DNA of 64,000 nucleotides from Bdellovibrionales bacterium (lineage in GTDB: Bacteria; Bdellovibrionota; Bdellovibrionia; Bdellovibrionales; UBA1609): the NCBI GenBank assembly GCA_965219095.1, contig CBDCMT010000001.1, positions 2,272,001-2,336,000 on the forward strand. Reading direction: 5' to 3'. The translations under genes were made by a program, and so were the position numbers. Below, in pieces: positions 1 through 13,421 of this stretch. Numbering within the stretch: position 1 is the first letter of the stretch; each line of letters starts with the position of its first letter. Below the pieces are notes generated by a model. The model was not told the DNA's origin and made no database searches. It worked only from the letters and a program-made list of their open reading frames with translations.

Positions 1-1000
1 TTGCTGTGGGGTAAAAGTTGAGTATTTACCTTGGGCCGATGGTAAGAAGAGTTTAACGATCTTTTACATGAAGTACTTAGCAGACTGGTGTCGTCACCTG
101 TCTTGGAAAGAGGTTTCTTGTAAGTTTCAGGTCAGTTGGAATCAGGTCTATGCTTCGGTAGAATGGGTCGTAGAATATGGTTTAAAACAAAGGGTTTTAA
201 AGGGGATATATGCTATAGGAGTCGACGAGATACAATGGAAAAAGAACCATCAGTATCTCACCTTAGTCTATGAAATAAGCAAAACCCGTGTACGCTTGTT
301 GTGGATAGGAGAAAAAAGAACAGAAAAGAGTTTTAGAAAATTCTTTGATTTACTAGGAGAGAAGTCAAAAGATATACGGTTTGTGTGCTCTGACATGTGG
401 AAGCCTTATTTAAAAGTCATAAAGGAGAGGGCAAGTCAAGCTTTGAATATATTAGATCGGTTTCATATCGTAGCAAGACTCAATAAGGCTTTAGACGAAG
501 TGAGAGCTTCAGAACACAAAAAAATGAAAGAAGATGGGTATGAACCCCTTTTAACAAAAGCTAGATGGCCCTTGTTAAAAAATGCAGAAAATTTAAAATC
601 TTATGAAAAAGTAAAATTAAGGCATTTAATACAGTACAATTTAAAAAGTATCCGCTGTTATCTTTTAAAAGAAGACTTCCGACAGTTATGGACCTATGTT
701 TCACCAACTTGGGCTGGTAAATTTATAGACAGTTGGACGAGACGAGTCATGCTTTCAAAAATTGAACCTATGAAAAGAGAAGCAAAAACCATACGAAGAC
801 ATAAGCTACTTATTCTTAATTACTTCAAGGCTAAAAAAACCTTCTCCTCAGGGATTGTAGAGGGTTTAAACAACAAAGTAAAACTCACTATGAGAAAATC
901 TTACGGCTTTAGAACCTCTAAAGCTATAAAAATCGCCTTATATCATAACATTGGAAAACTGCCAGAACCTCCGGGAACCCACAGATTCTTTTGAGGAGGC
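1..1000 (+). mobile_element. ISL3-family element, 3' part (transposase runs in from the window edge to 994)
   Basis: ORF 68-994 is near-identical to full ISL3 transposases at 20723 and 32295 (GVDE, CSDMWKPY, LDRFH, EGLNNKVK motifs); right end TTTTGAGGAGGC ends at 1000. Confidence 0.93.
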
Positions 1001-1088
1001 TTAAAAATAAATGACTTTTTATCAAGGCCTTAGAATAAAAACTAGACCTCAACTCAAAAAAAAACGGAAAACCTAAGCGGAAGCACTA
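1001..1088 (-). mobile_element. Left-end remnant of IS630 type A, interrupted by the ISL3
   Basis: Matches 22057-22143, including terminal IR GAAAACCTAAGCGGAAGCACTA followed by TA. Confidence 0.85.
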
Positions 1089-1320
1089 TATAAGATGACA
1101 GAAGAGATAAGCTGTTACTTATAGTCCCATATAAAGATAAACCTTATAAAAATTATAGAGCCTGTTCCCATGAGTAGTCATAAAGACAAAATAAGCACTC
1201 CTTTGTGGACTGAAAATCTAAAATTCGTTTTTATAGTATGAAATTTTTACAATTTCAAAAAAAAGATTTGATTTTCCCTTTCTTATACAATAAAAAGAAA
1301 ATGAAATTTGTCTTTTTGTT

Positions 1321-1374
1321 GAACGGTCTGTACCTAAAATTATCCCCCCTTTTTAAGTCAGGCCGTTCTTTTTT
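1321..1374 (+). terminator. Stem-loop plus T-tract, possible intrinsic terminator
   Basis: GAACGGTCTG...CAGGCCGTTC inverted repeat followed by TTTTTT; no upstream ORF identified. Confidence 0.3.
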
Positions 1375-1702
1375 AATACCCTAACCCAAGATGTATCGTC
1401 AATTAACTTAGCCAAACGTACATGAAGCTAACACTACTAAAGACCAAGAGTTTGTTTAGCTCTTTTTTCACTTTACAAACAAAAAATTAGCCCTCTTTGC
1501 TTCACACTCAATGAAGTTCTTTAATGGCGGAATGTCCATTATGTTCATTTAAATTTTTTGAAAAAACCCTATATCTTCTCCTTAATTTGATGGATTCATC
1601 TAACTTTCTTGCTCCATTAACATGAGAGTTCGGTTTCTTTTAAAGTTTTTCTTATAAAAATTTTTTGTCTTTTTATCCTAATTTTTGCTAGGATAAAAGA
1701 AA

Positions 1703-2374
1703 GTGTTTTTTTTCTTACTTTTTCTGTCTTCAGCCTTTAGTCAAACTTTAACAGTTTATATAGATCCAGGACATGGTGGGTCTCAAGACACAGGTGCTAT
1801 AAGCTTTTACAAAAACCAAAAGGAGTCACAAATCAACTTACAAATAGCTCGCCACCTTTTTGAAAGGCTTAAAAAACAAACTCACTTTCATCCTCATCTT
1901 CTTCGTAATAAAGATGCTTTTTTACCTATTTTCGATAGAATTATCTCTCGTACAACAAACAACCATTCAGAGGCTGTGTTCCTAAGTTTGCATGCAAATT
2001 TTTCCTATAACTCTAAGAAAAAAGGAGTTGAGTTCTATATTGACACATCAGAAGCTCGTTTTTATTTTACAAAAAATACCCTTTTAGAAATTGTTCGAAA
2101 ACTTAAAAGGGTGGAAAAAATCAAAAAAAGCACTTTGCTTGCTAGAAGCCTTATCAAAGAGTGGAGGAGTTCTCATACTCTTCCTCCTTTGAAGCAAGCT
2201 CCCCTCTATGTTCTATCCTACAACCATATACCCTCAGTTATGATTGAAATGGGCTATTTATCCCATAAAAAGGAGGCCCTTAAGCTCATCTCAAAAACTT
2301 ATCAAAAAAAGCTTGCTGTTTTTATCCATAAAGGGCTTGAAAGGTACAGACAAAGACTAGACAAACAAAAATAA
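1703..2374 (+). CDS. N-acetylmuramoyl-L-alanine amidase (Amidase_3) with signal peptide
   Basis: IDPGHGG, SLHAN and PSVMIEMGYLS motifs; hydrophobic N-terminus. Confidence 0.9.
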   Translation: MFFFLLFLSSAFSQTLTVYIDPGHGGSQDTGAISFYKNQKESQINLQIARHLFERLKKQTHFHPHLLRNKDAFLPIFDRIISRTTNNHSEAVFLSLHANFSYNSKKKGVEFYIDTSEARFYFTKNTLLEIVRKLKRVEKIKKSTLLARSLIKEWRSSHTLPPLKQAPLYVLSYNHIPSVMIEMGYLSHKKEALKLISKTYQKKLAVFIHKGLERYRQRLDKQK

Positions 2375-2393
2375 AAAGGGCATAAAGGCTTTC

Positions 2394-3110
2394 ATGAGGT
2401 CTCACAACAGAAAAAATCATGAACTAAGACCCTTAGAGATCATCTCTGATTTCAATCTTCATGCTGAAGGAAGTGTGTTGATCAAATCAGGTAACACCCA
2501 TGTTTTATGTACAGCCTCTATTGATGAAACAGTTCCTAAATGGCTTCAAGATAAAGGACAAGGCTGGATCACAGCTGAATACGCAATGCTTCCTCGCTCA
2601 ACTCACTCTCGTATCAAAAGAGAAAAGGGACAGACAAGCGGAAGGGTTCAAGAAATCTCTCGTCTTATTGCAAGAAGCTTAAGACAGGCTGTGAATTTAA
2701 AAGCTTTAAATGAAAAGCAAATTTATGTAGATTGCGATGTTTTACAAGCTGATGGAGGTACAAGAACAGCCTCCATTACAGGAGGTTTTGTAGCCCTAGC
2801 CCTAGCCCTTAGGTGGGGGCAAGAGCAAGGTCTTTTTATGATAAATCCCTTAGTACAGAAAGTAGCAGCTGTAAGTTTGGGAATCCTTGATGATAATGTA
2901 TTACTAGACTTAGATTATGAAGAAGATTCTCAAGTGGAAACAGATATGAACGTAGTCATAAATGAAAATAATGAGTTTATAGAGATTCAAGGTACAGCAG
3001 AGAAGAAAAGTTTTTCTAAAAACAAACTTCTTTCTCTCTTAGAAACAGCTCAAATAGCTTGTCAAAAATTGTTTGTAGCACAACAAAAGGTTTTGGACTT
3101 TCCTAAATGA
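2394..3110 (+). CDS. rph: Ribonuclease PH
   Basis: GWITAEYAMLPRST, DCDVLQADGGTRTASITG and EIQGTAE motifs. Confidence 0.97.
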   Translation: MRSHNRKNHELRPLEIISDFNLHAEGSVLIKSGNTHVLCTASIDETVPKWLQDKGQGWITAEYAMLPRSTHSRIKREKGQTSGRVQEISRLIARSLRQAVNLKALNEKQIYVDCDVLQADGGTRTASITGGFVALALALRWGQEQGLFMINPLVQKVAAVSLGILDDNVLLDLDYEEDSQVETDMNVVINENNEFIEIQGTAEKKSFSKNKLLSLLETAQIACQKLFVAQQKVLDFPK

Positions 3111-3114
3111 GAGA

Positions 3115-3300
3115 ACCTCTCTAAACATTAAAATCACTAGAATTTAAGTGAACAGTTACTCACGTGGAAGGGAAGCCATAAAAGATATTGGTCTCTTGGA
3201 TAGATATGGAGGAGTGCTTGTGCATGATTGTTGGAGTCCTTACTTTTGTTATGATAAGATAACTCATGTGATCTTTCCCCAAAAAAGTGGACAGTTTTTT
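3115..3300. mobile_element. Mosaic of IS fragments: IS66-type end (3115-3159), IS66-A internal piece (3160-3268), IS3 terminal IR (3269-3300)
   Basis: 3115-3159 repeats at ~6620-6664 and ends GTGAACAGTTAC; 3160-3268 matches IS66 at 36731-36838; TGATCTTTCCCCAAAAAAGTGGACAG matches the IS3 end at 16698. Confidence 0.8.
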
Positions 3301-4630
3301 ATCAACCCAGAAAGGGTAACTGTCAGATCATATAACGGTAAATCAAAAAGACAGGTCACTGGTTTAAGCCATGATAGTGACCCTAAAGTACTTGCAGAAG
3401 GAGGTGAGCTTTTCGAGACAAATTCTAAACCCTTTAGCTGGCCTGGTTTTTAAGGCCTCAAAGGGTGTGTTTTCCCTTTTTTTTCGATTAAGCCTGTATT
3501 TTTGTGAAGGCTTACTCGAAAAAAAGGAAAAAGCAAAAAAAAGATGTAAAATAGGATTTCAAGACTTTATTTATAAACAAACCAACAAAGGAGGAAAATA
3601 AAATGTATGATCACTATATAGCCGTAGATTGGGCACAAAGTAACATGGCCATTTCAAGGATGACAGGCAAATCAAAAGATATTAAGACTATGGACACGAT
3701 TTCAGATCTTGGGAATCTTCGTGCCTATTTAAAAACCCTGAAAGGTAAGAAGATATTGACTATCGAAGAGACTACAACTTCGACAGTGGTTGTATTCAGA
3801 ATTAAAGGATAGTGTTGATGAGCTCATAGTCTGTGATCCTCTTCGGAACAGACTTTTAAGTGAAGGGGCTAAAACTGATAAAATTGATGCTGAAAAACTT
3901 GTTTTATTGTTACGCTCTGGCCTTTTGAAACCAGTCTTTCACTCAGGTGATGAATTCATTTACCTTCGTAAGATTGTCAGTGGATATGAAGATGTAGTTA
4001 AAAGAGGAGTTCGTGTTAAAAACCAAAGATCAGCTCTATTTCGAGCTTCCCACCTTGATGCTAAGAAGCAGACACAATTAAAACTAGCGGAAGAGATATA
4101 TTTGTTCTAGAAGGCTTAGATAAAGCTATCAGCGCTTATGGGGAGGAGAAAGCACGTTATGAAGCAGAGTTTAAGAGGCTAAGTAAAAAACACAAAGATA
4201 TTAGAAATCTTAATAGCATTCCAGGAATTGGTTCTATCAAGGCTATCAAGATTGTAGCCAGGGTTGTAGTGCCTCACCGATTTAAACGTAATTCCTGGTG
4301 GAGTGGATTGCGGACTTGTAAAGCTACATAGAATGAGTGGCGGAAGGTCTTATGGAACTAAGAAGTCTAGGTTTTGCCCACAAATGAAAAGTGTTTTTAA
4401 GATAGCTGTACTCTCAGTTATAGGAAATAACAATAAATTTAATGATTTTTATGAAGAACTGATCAAAAAAAATTATCCAACACATACTGCGAGAAACGCT
4501 ACCAACTAGAAGAATTGCAACTTTAACTTTAGGTGTTTTCAAGTCTGGGAAAAAATATAAACCTTATGGAGAACGTAAAAATGTAAATAATAATAAAACA
4601 ACCTTATAAAATCATCTGTTTAAAGTTTCG
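3290..4630 (+). mobile_element. IS110-family element with frameshifted transposase (3603-~4608) and ~310-bp non-coding left end
   Basis: DEDD motifs YIAVDW, TIEET, KTDKIDA; IPGIG helix-hairpin-helix; SGG motif; split across ORFs 3603-3812, 3790-4110 and 4303-4509. Confidence 0.88.
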
Positions 4631-5263
4631 CATCCTCGAAAGAATCTGTGGGTTCCCGGAGGTTCTGGCAGTTTTCCAAGGTATATGATATAAGGCGATT
4701 TTTATAGCTTTAGAGGTTCTAAAGCCGTAAGATTTTCTCATAGTGAGTTTTACTTTGTTGTTTAAACCCTCTACAATCCCTGAGGAGAAGGTTTTTTTAG
4801 CCTTGAAGTAATTAAGAATAAGTAGCTTATGTCTTTGTATGGTTTTTGCTTTTCTTTTCATAGGTTCAATTTTTGAAAGCATGACTCGTCTCGTCCAACT
4901 GTCTATAAATTTACCAGCCCAAGTTGGTGGAACATAGGTCCATAACTGTCGGAAGTCTTCTTTTAAAAAATAACAGCGGATACTTTTTAAATTGTACTGT
5001 ATTAAATGCCTTAATTTTACTTTTTCATAAGATTTTAAATTTTCTGCATTTTTTAACAAGGGCCATCTAGCTTTTGTTAAAAGGGGTTCATACCCGTCTT
5101 CTTTCATTTTTTTGTGTTCTGAAGCTCTCACTTCATCTAAAGCCTTATTGAGTCTTGCTACGATATGAAACCGATCTAATATGTGTAAAGCTCCACTTGC
5201 CCTCTCCTTTATGACTTTTAAATAAGGCTTCCACATAGAATCTGTTAAAACTTTCCTTAACAT
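4604..5263 (-). pseudogene. Chimeric transposase ORF: IS5(IS427)-like N-terminus MLRKVLTDSMW fused to the ISL3 C-terminal half
   Basis: From MWKPY onward it matches ISL3; the first 9 codons and upstream GGAGG RBS are not ISL3 sequence; degenerate ISL3 end at ~4630. Confidence 0.75.
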
Positions 5264-5302
5264 AACACCTCCCTTTGTTATGAGCTTTTTACAATCTTTA
5301 TA

Positions 5303-6343
5303 ACCCGAGTTTCGACTTTTTTCAGGTCTAAAGGCTAGCTGATATAAACAAACATCTCATTTCTTTGTAAGATGTCTTGAAGAAGCAACTTACAAGGAAA
5401 AAACACCTTGAGAGTTGCAAAAAACATACAAGGAGGTCTAAGATGTTTAATTCTAATTATATCATATCAATTTATGTTCTTGTCGATGATTTTTTAACCC
5501 CTCTCATACAGCAGCATCCAGAACTGGTTCCCAAAAATAAAGGAGGTTTTTCTTGTGCTATGTCTCCCAGCGAAATTGTCACTCTTTATCTTACTTTTCC
5601 AAAGTTCTGGCTTTAGGAATTTTAAAGCCTTTTATCAGTTTGCAGAAGTCTATCTTAAACCTTATTTTCCTAAAATGTTGTCTTACTCCCGATTTGTGAA
5701 CATCAAAAAAGACATGGCTTTTTTGATGTTTCTTTTCTCGACAAGCCTTATGAGTAAAACCACCGGCATATCATTTATTGATTCCACATCGATTTTTCTT
5801 CAAAAATAAAAGAATAGGACGAAATAAAGTGTTCTAAAAGTTAGCTAAAAAGAGGCAAAAGTAGTATGGGCTGGTTCTTCGGATTTAAACTCCATATTGT
5901 TATCAATCACCTCGGAGAACTTTTAAGTTTTACCTTAACTCAGGGAAATGTAGATGATCGAATGCTAAGTTATGGATTTATAGTAAAGGGCTGATGGGAA
6001 AACTCTTTGGGGACAGAGGTTATATTTCATCAGACCTTTTCAAAAAGCTTTTAAAAAAGGGAGTTAAGCTTATTACAAACGTCAAATTAAATATGAAGAA
6101 TAAATTGATTCCCTTATTTAACAAGTTGATGTTGAAAAAACGTTCTGTTGTGGAGGTCAGTGATTGGAGTGTTAAAAGGAGAGTTTCATCTTGAGCATTC
6201 TCGCCATCGTAGCCCACAAAACTTTGTCATCAATCTTTTAGGTACTCTCATCTCTTACTTGCTTAAAACCTAAAAAACCCTCCATTCAACTTAAAACTCA
6301 AAACAGGAGCTTCTGAACAATATATAAAAGTCGAAACTCGGGT
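5303..6343 (+). mobile_element. IS982-family element, defective transposase
   Basis: IRs ACCCGAGTTTCGACTTTT / AAAAGTCGAAACTCGGGT; TTATA on both flanks; FIDSTS, GWFFGFKLH and LFGDRGY motifs across frames. Confidence 0.9.
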
Positions 6344-6402
6344 TTATAGATATTCAACACGCCTAAGGTCTTGAAAAAGGTCTAGGTAAATGAGGACGCA
6401 CC

Positions 6403-7020
6403 CTAAGAATTATTCTAAAGAACTTTTCTAATATTTTTGTAACAGGGAAGGCCTTAGGGAAATGTTTTACAGGCTCATTTTACAACAAGATCAATAAAAA
6501 CTTCTCCTTTAAAATCTAAGAAATATACCCCTCGTAGGAGTCAAGGGCGGTCAGATAACTGACTTACGCTAGAACTGCACAAAAGCAGAATCTGTCCTTC
6601 GTTGATATGACTACTCAATACCTCTCTAAACATTAAAATCACTAGAATTTAAGTGAACAGTTACGAAACTTTAAACAGATGATTTTATAAGGTTGTTTTA
6701 TTATTATTTACATTTTTACGTTCTCCATAAGGTTTATATTTTTTCCCAGACTTGAAAACGCCTAAAGTTATGCTTGCAATTCTTCTAGCTAACAGCGTTT
6801 CTAGCAGTGTGTGGTAGGTAATTTTTTTGATCAATTTTTCATAAAAATCATTAAATTCATTGTTATTTCCTATAACTGCAAGAGCGGTCGTTTTAAAAAC
6901 ACTTTTCATTTGTGTCTATGAAAAAGTAAAACAGCACTTGGAAGAGTTTAAAAGGCAAGCCATTGAATTGGCAGAGGAAATAGGTGGAAAGGGAGCTTCA
7001 GAGAAGTAGGACTGAGAAAT
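6403..7020. mobile_element. IS debris: IS66-B end (6403-6567), IS66-type 3' end (6568-6664), inverted IS110 3' end (6665-6913), IS3 orfA fragment (~6915-7020)
   Basis: Pairwise similarity to 14549-14720, 3115-3159, 4380-4630 and ~17770-17880 respectively. Confidence 0.8.
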
Positions 7021-7338
7021 CTCCCATTTTGATTGAATCAATGAAAAAAAATCGCATAATAATTATGAATTAGCCTCTTTATAAATTTCAACGGAAATAC
7101 GGACATTCTTCCTAAGGAGCCTAGGAATTTAGGACAGATATCACCAAGTGTTATCTGACTCTCATTTGTAAAATGTGAATTGTCGCCATGCAAAAAAAAG
7201 GCTATCGATCTACATAAGGTTACGAAAAATAAGAACTCTATAAAGCTCTATTGGTTTCAACTCTAGATAGAGTTCTTAAGAAGGCTTTATAATTGTTGAT
7301 TTTACAGCCTATCTCTTATAAAAAGATACATACATAAA

Positions 7339-7752
7339 ATGGAAGTTAATGGCTCAGTTTTTTATCAGTTTTTTATTTTTGTAGGTCTTATGGTCCTTGT
7401 TTATTTTGTGATCACAAAGCCTTACTTTTTAGCTCATGCCAAAAGACAAGAACATACAGAAGGAGATGAAGAAGAGATCGAAAGGATCAGAGAAGATGTT
7501 AAAGAATTAAAAGGGCAGTATCAAAAACGCCAAAGAGATTTAAATAGAGATTTAAAAGAAATCTATAATAAGTCAAAAAGAGAAGTTGAATCTGAAAAAA
7601 ATTGTATTTTGACAAAAGCACAAAAAGAAGCTCATAAAAAGATTAATGAAGCTAACAAAACTTTAGAAAATTCTTTAAATCATTTAAGAAAAGACATTTC
7701 TTCCGAAGTCTCATCTGTTTCTGATGAGATCATAAAAAAGGTACTACATTGA
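7339..7752 (+). CDS. ATP synthase F0 subunit b'
   Basis: N-terminal TM helix plus charged coiled coil; first gene of the atp operon. Confidence 0.8.
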   Translation: MEVNGSVFYQFFIFVGLMVLVYFVITKPYFLAHAKRQEHTEGDEEEIERIREDVKELKGQYQKRQRDLNRDLKEIYNKSKREVESEKNCILTKAQKEAHKKINEANKTLENSLNHLRKDISSEVSSVSDEIIKKVLH

Positions 7753-7753
7753 T

Positions 7754-8299
7754 ATGTTTTTCCTTCTAGGCTTATTCTTTCTTATTTCAACAGCTTTTTT
7801 TGCTGAGGGAGCTAGTTCTGAAAGCATACCTTACAGTATGATCATAGCTCAAGTTTACAATGTAGTTTTATTTGTAGCTTTAGCTGTGATTCTTCTCAAA
7901 TCTAGAGCAAGAAGTTTTTTTAAAAAACGAAATTTTCAATTTATAAATGAAATTTGTCGTGTACAGAGGACAAAGGAAGAGGCCTTGAATCAAAAGAAAG
8001 AAATGAAATCAAAAATTTTAGAGCTTGAAAAAAACTGGGAGAACTCTTTTCAAAAAGTCCAGTCTGAAGCCGAGGAGAGAAAGGTTAAGCTTTTAAACCA
8101 AGCAAGAAAGCAAGCTCAATACATTGAGGAGGAATCTTTGAAAACAGTAGTTTTAGCACAGAAAAAATTAGGAGTACTTTTAAGAAGGGAGCTTTTTGAT
8201 GAAGCCTTTGAGGAGGCTAGAAAGAAAATACCTGGAAAAATAGATAAAAGAAAAAAAAGAGAGTTTTTTATGGAGTTTTTAGAGGGGTTGAAGAGCTAA
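7754..8299 (+). CDS. atpF: ATP synthase F0 subunit b
   Basis: Hydrophobic N-terminus, TM helix and coiled coil; directly before the delta subunit. Confidence 0.82.
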   Translation: MFFLLGLFFLISTAFFAEGASSESIPYSMIIAQVYNVVLFVALAVILLKSRARSFFKKRNFQFINEICRVQRTKEEALNQKKEMKSKILELEKNWENSFQKVQSEAEERKVKLLNQARKQAQYIEEESLKTVVLAQKKLGVLLRRELFDEAFEEARKKIPGKIDKRKKREFFMEFLEGLKS

Positions 8300-8842
8300 A
8301 TGAATCAAGATATAGCTGGAAGGTATTCTCAAGCACTTTTGGAAGTATCTGTTTCAGAACAAAAACAAAAGCAAAGTTTGAAAGAACTTTCAAGCTTTCT
8401 AACTGTCGTAAGTCAAAAAGAATTTTCCCAGTTCTTCTTTTGCCCCACAATTGATAAAGAAAGCAAAATATTTACTTTGAAAAGAATTTTAGAGAACACG
8501 AACTTATCTCAATTTATAAAGAATTTTGTACTCCTTCTTTGCAAAAAAGATAGGTTTCATCTTTTTGAAGAAATTTTAAACTCTTACAAGAAAAAACTCT
8601 ATGCTCTTGAAGGGCTTTGTTTAGGTGTTGTCAACTCTACGGAAAGGTTAAGTGAAGAAAGTCTTGATCAAGTCAAACTAAGACTAGAGCAAGTTTTAAA
8701 TCAAAAAATTGTCATTGAGGCTTGCGAAGCCAATAATCTTATGGGAGGGCTTTCTGTAGATGTTTTAGGAAAGAGGTTTAACAATAGTGTGTTTTCACAA
8801 TTATCAAGACTAAAAGAATCAATAGCAAATAGGAGAGTTTAA
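8300..8842 (+). CDS. atpH: ATP synthase F1 subunit delta
   Basis: IAGRYSQAL start and LMGGL motif; operon position. Confidence 0.92.
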   Translation: MNQDIAGRYSQALLEVSVSEQKQKQSLKELSSFLTVVSQKEFSQFFFCPTIDKESKIFTLKRILENTNLSQFIKNFVLLLCKKDRFHLFEEILNSYKKKLYALEGLCLGVVNSTERLSEESLDQVKLRLEQVLNQKIVIEACEANNLMGGLSVDVLGKRFNNSVFSQLSRLKESIANRRV

Positions 8843-10360
8843 ATGGAAGTCACAGTCAAAGCTGATGAGATCAGTAGAATTTTAAAAGAACAAATTAGAA
8901 ATTTTGATAAAAAATTAGAAGTTAGTGAGGTGGGAAGTGTGTTGTCTGTAGGAGATGGTGTGGCTCGAGTGCATGGGCTTGATCATGTTATGGCAGGAGA
9001 ACTTGTGGAATTTACAGGCGATGTTTATGGGATGGCACTTAACTTGGAGGAGGATTTAGTGGGAGTTGTAATTTTTGGTGATGATAGGGATATTAAAGAG
9101 GGGGATTATGTCAAACGAACACAAAAAATTGTACAAGTTCCTGTAGGGGAAGCTTTGCTAGGACGTGTTGTGGATGTTTTAGGGAATCCTATAGATGGAA
9201 AAGGGGCCTTGAAATCGGATGGCAAGACAAGAGTTGTGGAGATAAAGGCTCCTGGGATTATTGCTAGAAAATCAGTCCATGAGCCTCTTCAAACAGGTTT
9301 AAAGGCCATTGACTCTATGATTCCCATTGGTAGAGGGCAAAGAGAGCTTATCATTGGTGATAGGCAGACCGGTAAAACAGCCATCGCAGTGGATACGATC
9401 ATCAATCAAAAAGAGACAGATGTACATTGTTTTTATGTAGCTGTTGGACAAAAGCAATCTACTGTGGCCCAAGTGGTGAATCGCTTAGAGCAGTCAGGAG
9501 CTATGAAATACACAACTGTTGTAGTGGCAGGAGCTTCTGCACCGGCTCCCTTGCAGTATTTAGCTCCTTATTCTGGCTGTACTATGGCGGAGTACTTTAG
9601 AGATTCAGGTCGCCATGCTTTGATCATTTATGATGATCTGACCAAACAAGCTCAAGCCTACAGACAACTGTCACTTCTTCTCAGACGTCCTCCCGGTCGT
9701 GAAGCTTATCCTGGAGATGTGTTTTACATTCACTCTAAGCTTTTAGAGAGAGCTGCAAAATTGAATGATCAAGAAGGAGGAGGGTCTTTAACAGCGCTTC
9801 CTATTATTGAAACACAAGCAGGTGATATCTCAGCCTACATTCCAACAAATGTGATCTCTATTACAGACGGACAGATTTTTTTAGAATTTGATCTTTTTAA
9901 CAAGGGAATAAGACCGGCGATCAATGTAGGCAAATCAGTGTCTCGTGTGGGAGGGGCGGCTCAGATTAAAGCTATGAAACAGGTGGCAGGAACTTTGAAG
10001 CTGGATCTGGCTCAATACCGAGAGTTGGAAGCGTTTTCAGCTTTTGCTTCTGACTTAGATAAAGCTACACAAATGCAGCTTGAAAGAGGACAAAGGCTTG
10101 TAGAGTGTTTAAAGCAAGCTCAGTACACGCCATATAAAGTGGAGGAACAAGTTGTTATCATTTATGCTGCAACAAAAGGGGCTTTAGACAAAGTCCCCGT
10201 AGAAAAAGGCAGACAGTTTGAAAAGGAGTTTTTGGAGTTCATGCACACACAACACCAATCTCTTTTAGAGCATATTGCCGCAACAGGAAAACTCGCGGAT
10301 GAGTTGACAGAGAATTTACAGAAAGCTGTTAACGATTTTGTAATTATTTTTGAAGGATAA
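8843..10360 (+). CDS. atpA: ATP synthase F1 subunit alpha
   Basis: GDRQTGKT P-loop; [13 protein letters not shown]. Confidence 0.99.
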   Translation: MEVTVKADEISRILKEQIRNFDKKLEVSEVGSVLSVGDGVARVHGLDHVMAGELVEFTGDVYGMALNLEEDLVGVVIFGDDRDIKEGDYVKRTQKIVQVPVGEALLGRVVDVLGNPIDGKGALKSDGKTRVVEIKAPGIIARKSVHEPLQTGLKAIDSMIPIGRGQRELIIGDRQTGKTAIAVDTIINQKETDVHCFYVAVGQKQSTVAQVVNRLEQSGAMKYTTVVVAGASAPAPLQYLAPYSGCTMAEYFRDSGRHALIIYDDLTKQAQAYRQLSLLLRRPPGREAYPGDVFYIHSKLLERAAKLNDQEGGGSLTALPIIETQAGDISAYIPTNVISITDGQIFLEFDLFNKGIRPAINVGKSVSRVGGAAQIKAMKQVAGTLKLDLAQYRELEAFSAFASDLDKATQMQLERGQRLVECLKQAQYTPYKVEEQVVIIYAATKGALDKVPVEKGRQFEKEFLEFMHTQHQSLLEHIAATGKLADELTENLQKAVNDFVIIFEG

Positions 10361-10368
10361 AGTTTTTT

Positions 10369-12661
<2,293 letters not shown>

Positions 12662-12697
12662 AGGGACAGAGGAGAAGTAAAACAAAGAGATGGGAAG

Positions 12698-13120
12698 ATG
12701 TGTATGAAATTTTCTTTGATCACACCAGAAAAAGTTCTGATTGAAAATAAGGAGATTGATGATCTCCTTGTACCCTGTCATAAGGGTGAGTTAAATGTAT
12801 TAGAGGGACATACTCCTCTTTTAACTCATCTTTCTACGGGTTTGTTAAAGTACAAGTCAAAAGGAGAAAGTGAGTACAACGAAGTTGTGGTCACTCAAGG
12901 TTATTGTGAGATCTTTCCCTCTAAAGTTTTAGTTTTATCAGAAACAGCAGAGACTAAAGAGCAACTGGATTTTAAAAGGGCTCAAAGAGCTTATATGAAT
13001 ATGGAAGAAAAACTTTCTAAAGTTACAGAGCTTTCTTCTAAAGATATTATTTTATATCAAGAAGCACTAAAGAGAGCGAGATGTCGTAAAAACTTATCCT
13101 CTCCTCCTCATTCTTTTTAA
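12698..13120 (+). CDS. atpC: ATP synthase F1 subunit epsilon
   Basis: LITPEK and GELNVLEGHTP motifs; last gene of the operon. Confidence 0.93.
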   Translation: MCMKFSLITPEKVLIENKEIDDLLVPCHKGELNVLEGHTPLLTHLSTGLLKYKSKGESEYNEVVVTQGYCEIFPSKVLVLSETAETKEQLDFKRAQRAYMNMEEKLSKVTELSSKDIILYQEALKRARCRKNLSSPPHSF

Positions 13121-13421
13121 GCCTTCTTGAGAGTGTATAAACTTTAAACATTTTGACAAAAAATGTTTTCTAAGCAGTTACACTAGATTCTTGCAGTTTG
13201 GACCTTCTTATTTTGCAAGTTTTTTAAACGGTTTTAAGGAGGTTGCTTTAAAACTTACAACAGTGTTTAACAATTTTTTGTCGTTTTTGAATTTTTTTCA
13301 AAGTCTTAGAGATTTTGAAGAAAATAATAAGATTATACTTGACATGCTTTTTCTTTATATGTATCCTCAGACAATTGTAAAATAAAAAATACCTAATCAC
13401 AAATGTTAAGGAGAGGATCAA

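Noticed and set aside
7045..7190. dif-like or tmRNA-tag-like text (NNYELAS) with short hairpins upstream of atp
   Set aside because: The spacer is only 3 bp and no tRNA-like 5' or 3' ends are visible.
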